NCBI GenBank assembly: GCA_000991245.1
Contig: LBRD01000004.1
Location: 26,235 to 90,234, forward strand
Direction of reading: 5' to 3'
DNA from: Parcubacteria group bacterium GW2011_GWC1_36_108
GTDB taxonomy: Bacteria; Patescibacteriota; Minisyncoccia; Moranbacterales; GWC2-37-73
DNA length: 64,000 bases
Shown here: piece by piece, positions 29,580-39,757 of the stretch
Numbering within the stretch: position 1 is the stretch's first letter
How the letters are laid out: each line of letters opens with the position of its first letter
Program-made: the position numbers and the translations under genes
The notes under the pieces: model-generated
Database searches by the model: none
Seen by the model: only the letters and a program-made list of their open reading frames with translations
What the model was told of the DNA's origin: nothing

Positions 29580-29999
29580 TTATTGTACAATTACTGCCTT
29601 AATTATTTCTTCTGCCCTTGCTTCAAACAAATCGGTTCTAGTTTTAATGGTGAATGCATGATACAACTTGTTAGCATAGCGGTTCAGCCAATCCTCACTG
29701 GTTCCTATTTTTAGTAAATGCTTAAATACAACTGCGGCCTTTTCTTCATCTTTTTCTGAAAAATAGAGACAAGCCAGCTCAGAGAATGTGGCTGCTTTTT
29801 CTCTCATCTTATCAAGAGCCTTGCTTTTTACTTCTTCATCCTTGGCATAGTATGCAAAAGAAAAAACACTACACCAACCATCGAAAGTAAACCTCTCCTC
29901 AGTTTCTTGCTTGAGCGACTCTCCGAGCAAAAAATACGTGTTTCCTGCGCCAATCTTTTCAATCACTGCCTCCACTGGGAGGTTCTTTTTTTCTACCAT
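29580..29999 (-). CDS. hypothetical protein
   Basis: 139-aa ORF with no recognisable family. Confidence 0.4.
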   Translation of the reverse strand: MVEKKNLPVEAVIEKIGAGNTYFLLGESLKQETEERFTFDGWCSVFSFAYYAKDEEVKSKALDKMREKAATFSELACLYFSEKDEEKAAVVFKHLLKIGTSEDWLNRYANKLYHAFTIKTRTDLFEARAEEIIKAVIVQ

Positions 30000-30168
30000 G
30001 GTATTATCTCCTTTTACTGCGCTGGTTTATGTCACAATCTCCGATTGCGATCATTTTTTAAAAAACATATCTAGGCAATCTACAGCAAAACAGTTTGAAT
30101 GTCAATAAAAATCGCCTATTAGTTCTTAATAATAAAAAACAAGGCTTGTTACAGCCTTGTTTTACTTG

Positions 30169-30240
30169 CTCCGGCGGTAGGATTCGAACCTACGACCAAT
30201 TGATTAACAGTCAACTGCGCTACCGCTGCGCTACGCCGGA
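30169..30240 (-). tRNA. tRNA-Asn (GTT)
   Basis: Reverse complement tccggcgtagcgcagcggtagcgcagttgactgttaatcaattggtcgtaggttcgaatcctaccgccggag folds as a cloverleaf. It has a 7-bp acceptor stem, anticodon loop cTGTTAa, T-loop GGTTCGAATCC and no encoded CCA. Confidence 0.85.
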
Positions 30241-30356
30241 ATATATTAGAAATAATGCCTTTTCAAGGCAACAAAAATAGTATAACAAATAAAAAATATC
30301 CTGACAAGGGTTCAATAAGCCCCCTTTCGGGGGCATTATTGAAAATTATCTTTTCC

Positions 30357-31901
30357 CTAGTAATCCTTAAGTTTACTAATAGAGCCGTGTTGACGAATCT
30401 TGTCGAGAGCCTTAGCTTCAATCTGACGAATACGTTCGCGGGTTACTCCAAATTCCTTTCCAACTTCTTCCAAAGTGTGAGTCACACCATCTTCCAAACC
30501 AAAACGAATTTTAAGAATCTTTTGTTCGCGCGGAGTAAGGTCGTGCAAAACTTCGCCGACGTGATTTTTGAGTAGTTTTCGTGAAGCAACTTGATGTGGC
30601 ATCACTGTTTCAGTGTCTTCAATGAAATCTCCAAGCACACTGTCATCATCAGAGTCCCCAACTGAAGTTTCAAGCGAAACTGTTTCTTGGGAAATTTTTT
30701 GAATGTGACGAATCTTATCTACTTCCAAATTCATTTCAGCTGCAATTTCTTCTGGCAAAGGTTCGCGTCCCAATTCTTGCACCAATCTTCGAGTAATCTG
30801 AGTATACTTGTTAATAGTTTCCACCATATGGACTGGGATACGAATTGTGCGCGACTGATCAGCCAAAGCTCTGGTAATTGCTTGGCGAATCCACCAAGTT
30901 GCATAGGTTGAAAATTTGAAACCTTTTCGATAATCAAATTTTTCCACAGCGCGAAAGAGTCCGATGTTACCTTCTTGAATCAAATCCAACAACGAAAGAT
31001 TGTGCGAACGTCCAACATATTTTTTTGCAATACTAACCACCAAACGAAGATTTGCTTCGGTCAACTTTTGTTTTGATGCCAAGTCCCCTTTTTCATTAGC
31101 TTTGGCAAGCTTAATTTCTTCTTCAGATTTAAGGAGTGGCACACGTCCAATTTCACGAAGATACATTTGCACCAAATCAGAAGAGCTGTCTTCTATTCCA
31201 TCCAACAAATTTGAATCCGCATTTTTATCTTTTTTACTTTTTTCATATATCTCAGCTTCTTTGTCTGAATCAATCTTGAGCATATCATCAGAAACAACAA
31301 TTTTCACTCCCGCAGTTTCCAATTGTTCATACAGATTTTCAAGTTCATCAAGCTCTTCTTCAACTTCCGGAATAAGATGAATGATTTCATCTTCAGTCAC
31401 AAAACCACGTTGTTTTCCACGCGCAATAAGTTCTGCAATAATATCAACCTTGTTTTCACCTTCCTCTTTGGCAACTACTGCTGTTTTTTTCTTTGGCTGA
31501 GGAGCTTTTTCAACAATTTTCTTAGGTTTTACTACTATTTTTTGCGCTACTTGCTTGCTTGGTGTTACAGACTTTTTGGGCGCAACTTTTTTAACAGGCT
31601 GTATTTTTTTTACAGCTGCTTTTTTAACTACCGTTTTTTTTGCTACAACGATCTTTTTTGCAGCATTTTTTTTCTGCACGATTTTCTTATTTTTTTTCTG
31701 CACGATTTTTTTTGCTTTAATAAATTTTACAACTTTTTTAGGTTTGGGCTTAACAACGACTTTTGTTTTTTTTAACGCAACTACCTTCTTAACATTTTTT
31801 GATGCTGCTTTTTTAACTACTTTAATAACTTTTTTTACTACAACTTTTTTAGACTTTTTTTTCATTGTTTTCATCTCAAATAAATATTCAGCTGAGTGCA
31901 T
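30357..31901 (-). CDS. rpoD: RNA polymerase sigma-70 factor with a ~170-aa basic K/V/A-repeat N-terminal extension
   Basis: Regions 1.2-4.2 are clear: [37 protein letters not shown], and region 4 [24 protein letters not shown]. The N-terminus is [13 protein letters not shown]-type repeats instead of an acidic region 1.1. Confidence 0.9.
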   Translation of the reverse strand: MHSAEYLFEMKTMKKKSKKVVVKKVIKVVKKAASKNVKKVVALKKTKVVVKPKPKKVVKFIKAKKIVQKKNKKIVQKKNAAKKIVVAKKTVVKKAAVKKIQPVKKVAPKKSVTPSKQVAQKIVVKPKKIVEKAPQPKKKTAVVAKEEGENKVDIIAELIARGKQRGFVTEDEIIHLIPEVEEELDELENLYEQLETAGVKIVVSDDMLKIDSDKEAEIYEKSKKDKNADSNLLDGIEDSSSDLVQMYLREIGRVPLLKSEEEIKLAKANEKGDLASKQKLTEANLRLVVSIAKKYVGRSHNLSLLDLIQEGNIGLFRAVEKFDYRKGFKFSTYATWWIRQAITRALADQSRTIRIPVHMVETINKYTQITRRLVQELGREPLPEEIAAEMNLEVDKIRHIQKISQETVSLETSVGDSDDDSVLGDFIEDTETVMPHQVASRKLLKNHVGEVLHDLTPREQKILKIRFGLEDGVTHTLEEVGKEFGVTRERIRQIEAKALDKIRQHGSISKLKDY

Positions 31902-32140
31902 ACTCAGACAAAATGTTATAAAAAAGTAAAACTAAGCATGGAGCTTGTTTGGAAAATATTTTTCGTCGCGAAATTTTAAAATTTTGAGCGAAAGACTTGA
32001 AGGTTGAGGAGTGCTACATAAAATGTAACACGACGAGACCTGAAAGTTTTGCAGCCAAAATTTTAAGATTGTAACAGAGAATATATTTTTCAAACAAGAT
32101 CTTAGCAAAACACCAAAAACCGGGACAACCCAGTCTTTGT

Positions 32141-33949
32141 TTAAGATTGCATTTCTTGAGAAAGCTTTGTGAACTCGCTCATAAGTTTGGCGAGGGTCTC
32201 TTTGTCCCCTTTTTGTTCAGCGTTCTCGATTTGCTTGATGATATCATAAAGCTTTTCTTTTTGCAATTCCTTAATATATTTAGATATATATTCATCAACA
32301 AGCTTTCGCAATTCTTCTGTGGAATATTCCACGACTCCCTCTTGAGTAAAAAGGTATTTAGCATTAAAATATATTTTTCGCAGACTTTCAATAGCTCGGT
32401 CATCATCGATGCTAGCCAGAAGATTATCAAAAGAAAAACCAGACGCTGCTCCATTTTTCAAAACAAACTGCACCAACGAATCATCTTTTACCCACTGACT
32501 GTCCAATTGTGTCTCAAAATTTTCTTTCCATATTTTTGCATCGCTCATAACAAGCCCGATCAACGAATTTCTAACGGCGTCACTACGCTTTTGAAATGAT
32601 GCTTCTTGCTCAGTCAAAATATTCGAGGTAGCAGGATACTGAGTTTGACTTTGTTGTCCAGCATTTGCGACGACTGCTTTTAATACGTCAGTCACGACCT
32701 TTTCTTCCACTTCAACCGTATGCGCAATTTTCTTTATCCAATGTGCTTTTTCAATTTGATTTTCAATATTAGCCACGTGCGACAAAACCTCTTTTGCAAT
32801 ATGCATTTTTCCGTCGGCTGTTTTTTTGTCATATTTTTTAAGCGCCTCATTGAAAAAATATTCCATCGCCAAAACAGATTTTTTAACCGCACTTAAAAGC
32901 AGCTCTGGATCCTTAGCCACCACATCAGCCGCATCTTTTCCATCTTGAAGCGTGACAATTTTCACATTAACACTTTTTTGCAAACAAAGATCGGCGCTTT
33001 TTTGCGCCGCAGCCTGACCAGCACTGTCCATATCAAAAAGCATTGCGATGTTTTCAGTGTAACGCTTAAGCATCGTGATTTGATCGCCTGTAAGCGCAGT
33101 GCCTGAAACAGCCACTGTGTTTGTAATGCCAGCTTGTACCGAAGCAATCACATCCATATTCCCCTCGACAAGCAGCACATAATTTTTCTTTTTAATTTCA
33201 CTCTTTGCATATGAAAGACCATACAGCACTTTTCCTTTGTGATATACCAATGTTTCCGGGGTGTTCACATATTTAGCCTGCGATTCATCTCCTCCAGGTG
33301 CCACGCGCGCAGAATATCCAACCACATTTCCCATCACATCAGTAATCGGAAACATAATACGATCACGAAAACGATCATAATATCCAGCTCCATTTTCTTT
33401 TTTTACCAGCAATCCAGTTTTTTCAATCTCATCCATGCTATACCCGCGACTAACTAGGAATTTTATAATATTATCCCAACCATTTGGAGCATATCCCAAA
33501 CGAAAATTTTGTATGCTCTCATCATTAAGCCCTCTTTCATGCAAATATTGTAAAATTTTATCCTTGCCCACGCCCTTCCAAAGTTGTGTTTCATAAAATT
33601 TCGTCGCCAATTCCAAAGCTTCAATTATTCTTTTTTTATTATCCGCTGGCTGCTGCCCGCCTTTATATTCCTCCAATTGCACACCAGCTTTTTCAGCCAA
33701 AATCTTGAGCACCTCGCGAAATTCCATACTTTCAATTTCCTGCACAAAAGAAAAAACATCTCCACCTTTGGCACAACCAAAACAATGAAAAATCTGCTTT
33801 TCTTCATTAACCATAAAAGACGGGCTTTTTTCATTATGAAAAGGACACAAACCCTTCCAATGGGATCCTGCCTTAGTCAACCGCACATACTCGCCCACAA
33901 TATCCACGATATTAAGCCGAGATTTGATTTCTTCAACGTTGTTATTCAT
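32141..33949 (-). CDS. dnaG: DNA primase
   Basis: Zinc ribbon CPFHNEKSPSF...HCFGC and the TOPRIM region (LVEGNMDV, DMDSAGQ). It lies directly downstream of rpoD on the same strand, the classic rpoD-dnaG linkage. Confidence 0.9.
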   Translation of the reverse strand: MNNNVEEIKSRLNIVDIVGEYVRLTKAGSHWKGLCPFHNEKSPSFMVNEEKQIFHCFGCAKGGDVFSFVQEIESMEFREVLKILAEKAGVQLEEYKGGQQPADNKKRIIEALELATKFYETQLWKGVGKDKILQYLHERGLNDESIQNFRLGYAPNGWDNIIKFLVSRGYSMDEIEKTGLLVKKENGAGYYDRFRDRIMFPITDVMGNVVGYSARVAPGGDESQAKYVNTPETLVYHKGKVLYGLSYAKSEIKKKNYVLLVEGNMDVIASVQAGITNTVAVSGTALTGDQITMLKRYTENIAMLFDMDSAGQAAAQKSADLCLQKSVNVKIVTLQDGKDAADVVAKDPELLLSAVKKSVLAMEYFFNEALKKYDKKTADGKMHIAKEVLSHVANIENQIEKAHWIKKIAHTVEVEEKVVTDVLKAVVANAGQQSQTQYPATSNILTEQEASFQKRSDAVRNSLIGLVMSDAKIWKENFETQLDSQWVKDDSLVQFVLKNGAASGFSFDNLLASIDDDRAIESLRKIYFNAKYLFTQEGVVEYSTEELRKLVDEYISKYIKELQKEKLYDIIKQIENAEQKGDKETLAKLMSEFTKLSQEMQS

Positions 33950-34055
33950 TATCTTTAGACTAAAGAACTTTGACTAAAAAAGCAACCGATTGCGGAAAAT
34001 GAGGGACAAACCCTTGCTACACTTTCGGATATGCCACCCTTGTTCAGTTTCAAAG

Positions 34056-34140
34056 CGGAGAGAACAGGATTCGAACCTGCGTAGAGTTGCCCCTAACACG
34101 CTTTCCAAGCGTGCTCCTTCAACCACTCGGACATCTCTCC
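34056..34140 (-). tRNA. tRNA-Ser (GGA)
   Basis: Reverse complement ggagagatgtccgagtggttgaaggagcacgcttggaaagcgtgttaggggcaactctacgcaggttcgaatcctgttctctccg. It has a long variable arm, anticodon loop tTGGAaa and T-loop GGTTCGAATCC. Confidence 0.85.
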
Positions 34141-34376
34141 GCATTGAAACTGATAATAATGAATTGGTGCACTCAAAAATTCAAAACATTTAAACCTCGG
34201 CAAAGCCTCGAGCAAAAAACTGTGTTGAAATTTTGCCAGGGTTTCTTTTGAAACCCGCCGAATGTTCGTATTCCTCACATCCGGCCCACACTGCGACCCC
34301 TCCAAAGCATGGCGCGAGCCATACATATTGCATTTTACTTTATAAACTTTATAACTTTATAACTTTATGAACTATT

Positions 34377-35843
34377 CTAGATTTCCTTAATCCCTACCAA
34401 TTGAATATGTTCCCCATCTGGAGTTCGGCCTAAGATCAAAACAACTTTGTCTCCGGTTGCAAGCACACCATTTTTCTTGGCATCTTCGATGAGCCAATCA
34501 ATATCTTCTCGAAAAACTTCTCCTCGCTCATAAAATTTTGCATTAATTCCCCAAACTAAAGAAAGTTGATGATATGTTTTTTTGTTATGAGTCACAACCA
34601 GCATTGGTTGCTCTGGACGAAAATGCGAAAAAAGTCGCGCCGTAAAACCACTAGCCGATCCGAGCACGACAGCTTTAGCATTGCTGCTTTTGGCAAGTTC
34701 ATATGCACTCTTAATAACTTTTTTAAAATCCCCTTCTCCATTTAAAGTGAGCAAGTGTGTCACGTCATCAAAAGGAGAAGCCTCGGTGTTTTCAATAATA
34801 TCCTTCATCGTGCGAACACTTTCCACTGGATATTTTCCAGAAGCACTTTCCCCAGAAAGCATCACGGCATCAGCATGATCAACAACCGCATTGGTCACAT
34901 CAGAAACTTCAGCTCGTGTTGGACGCGGATTTACAATCATCGAATCAAGCATCTGAGTTGCGACAATCACCGGCTTCATTGCTTGCAAACTTTTCTTTAC
35001 AATTTCTTTTTGCAAAATTGCAACTTTTGTTCCTTCAATTTCAATACCAAGATCACCGCGCGCTACCATAATAGCGTCAGTATGCTCAATGATATCATCC
35101 AAATTTTTTATCGCTTCTTTGCGTTCAATTTTAGCAATAATTTGTGGCAGGTTATCTTCACGTCCAAGAATATTTTTCATCTTGTCTCGCAAAGTTTCAA
35201 TGTTAGCACCAGTGGAAACAAATGACATCGCCACAAAATCAACATCCTGCGAAAGCACGAAAACTAAATCTTTTTCATCCTTTTCTGTGATCGGACTGAT
35301 TTGCAATTTTGCATCAGGAATATTAACACCTTTATGATTTTTCACTGTTCCGCCATCAATAACTTCGCAAAGCAAAACTCCTTCATTTTTTTCCTTAACA
35401 ACAATTTTCATCAGCCCATCCTCAATCAAAATTTCATTCCCCACTTCCACATCATCAATAATTTTTTCAACATCGAGTGAAAATTTTCTGTCATTTGAAA
35501 TTTGATCATTTGAAATTGATTGGAAATTAGAAATTGGAAATTGGAAATTAGGCGCATAAAAAATATCACTGACCAACACAAATTCTCCTGGTTTCATTTC
35601 CACGTTTTCCACAACCACCGTCCTTATTCTCGGTCCTTGCAGATCAGCCAAAATTCCAACAGCCGTGTCCAATTCTTGTGACAATTCTCGAATAATTTTA
35701 ATCACATTTCCATGCCATTCGTGCGAGCCATGAGAAAAATTAAGTCTGGCCACATTCATGCCATTTTCAACCATTTGTTTCAAAACTTCTTTACTATCAG
35801 AAACCAATCCAAGAGTTGCCACTATTTTTGTCTTCTTTGTCAT
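34377..35843 (-). CDS. pyk: pyruvate kinase, carrying an in-frame heptamer-repeat insertion
   Basis: TKIVATLG, NFSHG and MVARGDLG motifs. The insert APNFQFPISNFQSISNDQISN is encoded by the TGGAAAT-type satellite at 35479-35550. Confidence 0.9.
   Translation of the reverse strand: MTKKTKIVATLGLVSDSKEVLKQMVENGMNVARLNFSHGSHEWHGNVIKIIRELSQELDTAVGILADLQGPRIRTVVVENVEMKPGEFVLVSDIFYAPNFQFPISNFQSISNDQISNDRKFSLDVEKIIDDVEVGNEILIEDGLMKIVVKEKNEGVLLCEVIDGGTVKNHKGVNIPDAKLQISPITEKDEKDLVFVLSQDVDFVAMSFVSTGANIETLRDKMKNILGREDNLPQIIAKIERKEAIKNLDDIIEHTDAIMVARGDLGIEIEGTKVAILQKEIVKKSLQAMKPVIVATQMLDSMIVNPRPTRAEVSDVTNAVVDHADAVMLSGESASGKYPVESVRTMKDIIENTEASPFDDVTHLLTLNGEGDFKKVIKSAYELAKSSNAKAVVLGSASGFTARLFSHFRPEQPMLVVTHNKKTYHQLSLVWGINAKFYERGEVFREDIDWLIEDAKKNGVLATGDKVVLILGRTPDGEHIQLVGIKEI
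35479..35550. repeat. degenerate 7-bp satellite inside pyk
   Basis: tgaaaatt..ttgaaatt..ttgaaatt..tggaaattagaaattggaaattggaaatt. It is in-frame and translated as FQFPISN. Confidence 0.7.
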
Positions 35844-36026
35844 ATATTTATAAGAAATAATACTAATTATGCAAATTTATGCCAATACGCGAATTTGCGA
35901 ATAATTTAAACATTTGCATATTCGTAACATTCGCATTCATTCGCGTATTCGTATTATAATATATTCCCATAATAAACAAAAACGGGCAACCTCGAAAGGC
36001 CACCCGCAGTTAAAACAAAGTAAAAA

Positions 36027-36395
36027 CTATTTTATAATTTCATATCCACCAATCATAGGAAGTTTTTTCATTTCTCCTTTAACGGCATTAATGATTCCCA
36101 TAATTGCTAGCACAAAAACAGCAATTGTTCCAAGTGGCAAAATAATAAACCAACCCAAGACTGGTATTACTGTTCCAACCACGTTAACAGCTATAGCGGC
36201 CAGAAGTAGCAACAATTGTTGATTTGCATGAAACTTGGCAAATGGGCTGTTTTTTGCTTCTGAAATAAGTGGAACAAAAAACAAGATTGGAATAACATAT
36301 CCTACGATTGCCATCACTTTGTTCTTTTCAACATCGTCATTTTGAGGTGCTTTTGGAACTTCCACACCTTCCTGCCCTGTTGTGTTTTCTTCCAT
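36027..36395 (-). CDS. DUF4870-like membrane protein
   Basis: The HANQ motif between TM helices is the DUF4870 signature. The start is chosen at MEENTT. The longer ORF to 36491 begins in AT-rich sequence. Confidence 0.5.
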   Translation of the reverse strand: MEENTTGQEGVEVPKAPQNDDVEKNKVMAIVGYVIPILFFVPLISEAKNSPFAKFHANQQLLLLLAAIAVNVVGTVIPVLGWFIILPLGTIAVFVLAIMGIINAVKGEMKKLPMIGGYEIIK

Positions 36396-36504
36396 ATTTT
36401 TTAGATTAAAATTAATTATACTACTTATAATGATACAATATTTATCTACTTTTATTTTACCATATCTTAATATTATTGACAATCCAGTCAATAAAACTCC
36501 CTGA

Positions 36505-37044
36505 TTATTGCAATCCTATTTCTTCAAGCTCCCTCAAAATATCCTCGGGGATTGGATTACTCTTCGGACTCACACCAGGATAACGCCAAGCAGAAATTAT
36601 AGTAATTTGCTTACTAGAATTTATTTTTCTTTGCAACTTAGCAATCTTATCATCTTTCTTCTCACCTAACGTTTTGTCTTTAAATTTTTTCTCTTGAGAT
36701 TTTGTTTGGTACATTACCCAAATTTCCTGATTCCAGTTCTCCGCCGTAGCTTTAGCGGAGGAGGACGTTTCAACAGGCTTGCCCGCCAAAGCTTCAGCAG
36801 AAGCGAAGGAGGGTCTTCCCCATTTTGGTTTTTGAGGTCCAATTTTTATATTTCCAACCGGCACCATCACAGCCACAGTATTTTCCACAATACTCGTTTC
36901 AATTCTTTTTGGTGCACGAATCACGCCCAAAACTTTCTGCTCGCTAAGACCATAGTAATGCATCTTTTCCGCCACATGCGCTGTCCAAAAATATTTATCG
37001 CTGTTTTTCGGTGATTTCCATTGCATAAAAAGTTTTTCATTCAA
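36505..37044 (-). CDS. hypothetical protein
   Basis: 179-aa ORF, 4 bp downstream of the DinD-like gene and probably co-transcribed. No recognisable family. Confidence 0.45.
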   Translation of the reverse strand: MNEKLFMQWKSPKNSDKYFWTAHVAEKMHYYGLSEQKVLGVIRAPKRIETSIVENTVAVMVPVGNIKIGPQKPKWGRPSFASAEALAGKPVETSSSAKATAENWNQEIWVMYQTKSQEKKFKDKTLGEKKDDKIAKLQRKINSSKQITIISAWRYPGVSPKSNPIPEDILRELEEIGLQ

Positions 37045-37047
37045 AAC

Positions 37048-37893
37048 CTACTTTAATCTTTTTTTATTTTTTGCTTGATTTAAAAAATTGTTTCCAGTGA
37101 CCACGCTTTTACCAGTTTTTTCCTCAAGCTCAAGTCTGGCATTTCTGGCAATTTTTCCACCTCGCTTAGCTGGAATCTTATTTTCTTCCAAGCCTCTTGC
37201 TTCAATACTTTGTGCGATTTCACGAGTCGAAAGCTCTGCCAATGCCGTGAAAACGAGCTCCGCATCAGACATGTGATCACGAAGATTTTGAGTTTTTAAG
37301 TTTTTCAAATTTTTGTGTGCCTTGATAGTCAACTCGCTCCATTCTTCATGAATTATATTTGTCAAAATTGCAAATTCATCTCTTTCTTTAACTTCATTGT
37401 TTTTCCAATAATCAGTCAATTTATTTCTGATTTCTTGCCCCATCATCCTTTGCTGAATCCACTTCTCACTTCTTCCCATTTTCTGCCAATATGATCTGGA
37501 ACGATTTATTCCCTTTTCTGGATCAGACATTTCCTGGATTCTTTCGTATCCAGCTTTTGCCAACCACAATTTGATCGGCTCAGCTTTTTTAGATGGAACA
37601 GTTTGAACAAGACGCAAAATTGTTTCAACATCAGCCGCATCGGTTTCGCGCATTTTCCCATCCTCTGCAACTAATTTCAACCGGTTACATTTTGTAACCA
37701 CTTCACTTCCCTCGGCTCTTAAGCGATTCTTTAAAACCTTCCAATAATTTCTAGCTGCCTGAAAATCTTCTTGCTCAATCAAGGCAGCAATAATATCAAT
37801 AACTGAAAAATACCAAGTTTCCTTTTCCTCATCATAGTGCCTGCGAATGTTAAAATTTTCAAAAATTGCCAGTGAATTGCTTACTTTTTTCAT
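37048..37893 (-). CDS. Bro-N domain protein of the DinD (DNA-damage-inducible protein D) family
   Basis: N-terminal AIFENFNIRRHYDEEKETWYFSVIDIIAAL matches the Bro-N/KilA-N pattern. The C-terminus FAILTN...KAHKNLKNLKTQNLRDHMSDAELVFTALAELSTRE aligns with my memory of the E. coli DinD C-terminus. No search was run. Confidence 0.6.
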   Translation of the reverse strand: MKKVSNSLAIFENFNIRRHYDEEKETWYFSVIDIIAALIEQEDFQAARNYWKVLKNRLRAEGSEVVTKCNRLKLVAEDGKMRETDAADVETILRLVQTVPSKKAEPIKLWLAKAGYERIQEMSDPEKGINRSRSYWQKMGRSEKWIQQRMMGQEIRNKLTDYWKNNEVKERDEFAILTNIIHEEWSELTIKAHKNLKNLKTQNLRDHMSDAELVFTALAELSTREIAQSIEARGLEENKIPAKRGGKIARNARLELEEKTGKSVVTGNNFLNQAKNKKRLK

Positions 37894-38039
37894 ATTTTTA
37901 TTTTTAGTGACTTATACTGATATATTATCACTATAACAAAAATTCGTCAACTAAAAAGTAGACTGAAACAAAAAAGCATAGCCAATCATGACTAACGCCT
38001 TTTTTCTTTTCCAAGATTGTGTTTGTATTTCCTAAAAAG

Positions 38040-38921
38040 CTAGCTTTTCATTCCCCTCAACTTCGCGATCCTCTCCTCAATTGGTGGGTGGGTGGAAAAA
38101 AGTTTGGAAACCTTGTTGCCCTTGAAGGGATTTGAGATGTAAAGATGTGCGGTGGCGCGGTTGGCGGCTTCGAGGGGTTCTTGGTCGGAAGAAATCTTTT
38201 CGAGGGCGCTAGCAAGCCCTTCAGGATATCGCGTCAGAAGTGAAGCGCTGGCATCAGCCAAAAATTCGCGCTTTCTGGAAATTGCCATTTGCATCATTAT
38301 TGCGGCAAGTGGAGCAAGCAATGAAAGCAAAATTCCCACAATCATCAAAATTGGATTCCTGTTATCACTGTCATCCCCACCGCCAAAAAAGGACCAATGT
38401 CTGAACCAATCCGCTATCAAAGCCACAAAACCAACCAAAACAACAACTACGGTCGAAAGTAGGATATCCCGATTGCCAATATGAGAAAGTTCATGAGCAA
38501 TCACTCCTTCCAATTCAATTTTTTCCAGTTTATCCAAAAGCCCGGTAGTCACACAAATAACGCCATGCTGGGGATCTCGGCCCGTAGCAAAGGCATTTGG
38601 AGCAGAGTCTTCAATAATATAAATCTTAGGCGCTGGGAGTCCAGCAGTTATGCACAGGTTTTCCACAAGGTGGTATAACTCTCTGTTTCCCTCATGAGTA
38701 ACCTCTTTTGCGCCGCTCATAGCCAAAACAATCTTGTCACTCCACCAATATGAGCCAAAACTCATAACTATCGAGAAAGCAACTGCAATATACAAAATCG
38801 TACTATTCCCCATTGCTCCCGCAAAAACATATCCGACTCCAATCACAAAGGCTAAAAAGCCCGCGATATAAATCCAGGTTAGACGTGTATTTTTGTCAGC
38901 TTCAGTGTATAAAGTAGCCAT
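38040..38921 (-). CDS. htpX: M48 zinc metalloprotease HtpX
   Basis: HELSH zinc motif and the TM topology and length of HtpX. Confidence 0.85.
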   Translation of the reverse strand: MATLYTEADKNTRLTWIYIAGFLAFVIGVGYVFAGAMGNSTILYIAVAFSIVMSFGSYWWSDKIVLAMSGAKEVTHEGNRELYHLVENLCITAGLPAPKIYIIEDSAPNAFATGRDPQHGVICVTTGLLDKLEKIELEGVIAHELSHIGNRDILLSTVVVVLVGFVALIADWFRHWSFFGGGDDSDNRNPILMIVGILLSLLAPLAAIMMQMAISRKREFLADASASLLTRYPEGLASALEKISSDQEPLEAANRATAHLYISNPFKGNKVSKLFSTHPPIEERIAKLRGMKS

Positions 38922-39061
38922 TTACCCTGTTTAATAAGATTTGGATTCAAAAATAAATGAAACCAAAATTTATATAGTTAATTTTAAATTTTTACCTTGT
39001 CTCCCTTAATTAATAATCCAAATCTTAATTTTGTAATCAAAATTATTTAACAGGGTTTGCT

Positions 39062-39742
39062 CTATAAAAACCTAAATTCTGAAATTACATTTTTGAAAAT
39101 ATTTTCAAATTCAGTTGATTTATCGGTGTAATAAGTAGCTTCCAGATAAAAAATCTTTCCTTCTTCTTCATTTTTCCAAAAAATAACATCTCGTATAAGC
39201 CCTTCGGCTGTTTTGACTTTTCCAGTTCTCACTCCCATACGTCCGTTTATCATTTCTTCTTTCCAGTCAGGATCCCATTTGATGCTCTTTTTTCCCGCGG
39301 CAGCTTCGCAGCTTTCACTTTCTCCAAGAGAAATGCTGCCAACCTCAATAGCGGATGCCAATGAGCTGTTTCTGGACCTGATATCGGTATATTTCTTTAA
39401 GAGAAAAAAACTGTTAGCATTATTTTGCACCTCCCAATCATTAGGATGCTTAATTTCAAAGCCGTTTGTTTCATCGGTATTAATTATCCAGTCCTTAATT
39501 CCCCTGGAAGAATCGCTGTACAAATTTCCTTTAAGTCCATCCACTGCGAGAACCAAGCTTTTCGTGATATGCACACCGGAAACATTTGAGGACGGCATCG
39601 CATCCACAAAAAGATATATTGCGTAGCCTATTCCCATTACGATGAAAAAAACTAGACTGATAAGGGTCAGCAAGCAAATATAATGTGACTTGTTGTGATC
39701 ATCATACTTTTTATGAGCGTCGTGGTGCCTATATTTGAACAT
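39062..39742 (-). CDS. hypothetical membrane-anchored protein
   Basis: 226 aa with a His-rich cytoplasmic N-terminus, one TM segment and an extracytoplasmic domain. It lies between htpX and lemA. Confidence 0.45.
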   Translation of the reverse strand: MFKYRHHDAHKKYDDHNKSHYICLLTLISLVFFIVMGIGYAIYLFVDAMPSSNVSGVHITKSLVLAVDGLKGNLYSDSSRGIKDWIINTDETNGFEIKHPNDWEVQNNANSFFLLKKYTDIRSRNSSLASAIEVGSISLGESESCEAAAGKKSIKWDPDWKEEMINGRMGVRTGKVKTAEGLIRDVIFWKNEEEGKIFYLEATYYTDKSTEFENIFKNVISEFRFL

Positions 39743-39757
39743 TGTGATTCGATTTGA

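Noticed and set aside
31323-31929. Two + strand ORFs of 150 and 124 aa
   Set aside because: They are antisense to the K/V/A-repeat region of rpoD. Their F/L-rich translations are typical of antisense reads of Lys-rich coding DNA.
36027-37893. Intact prophage
   Set aside because: Only a Bro-N/DinD-like gene is present. There are no integrase, terminase, capsid or tail genes, and no att-like repeats.
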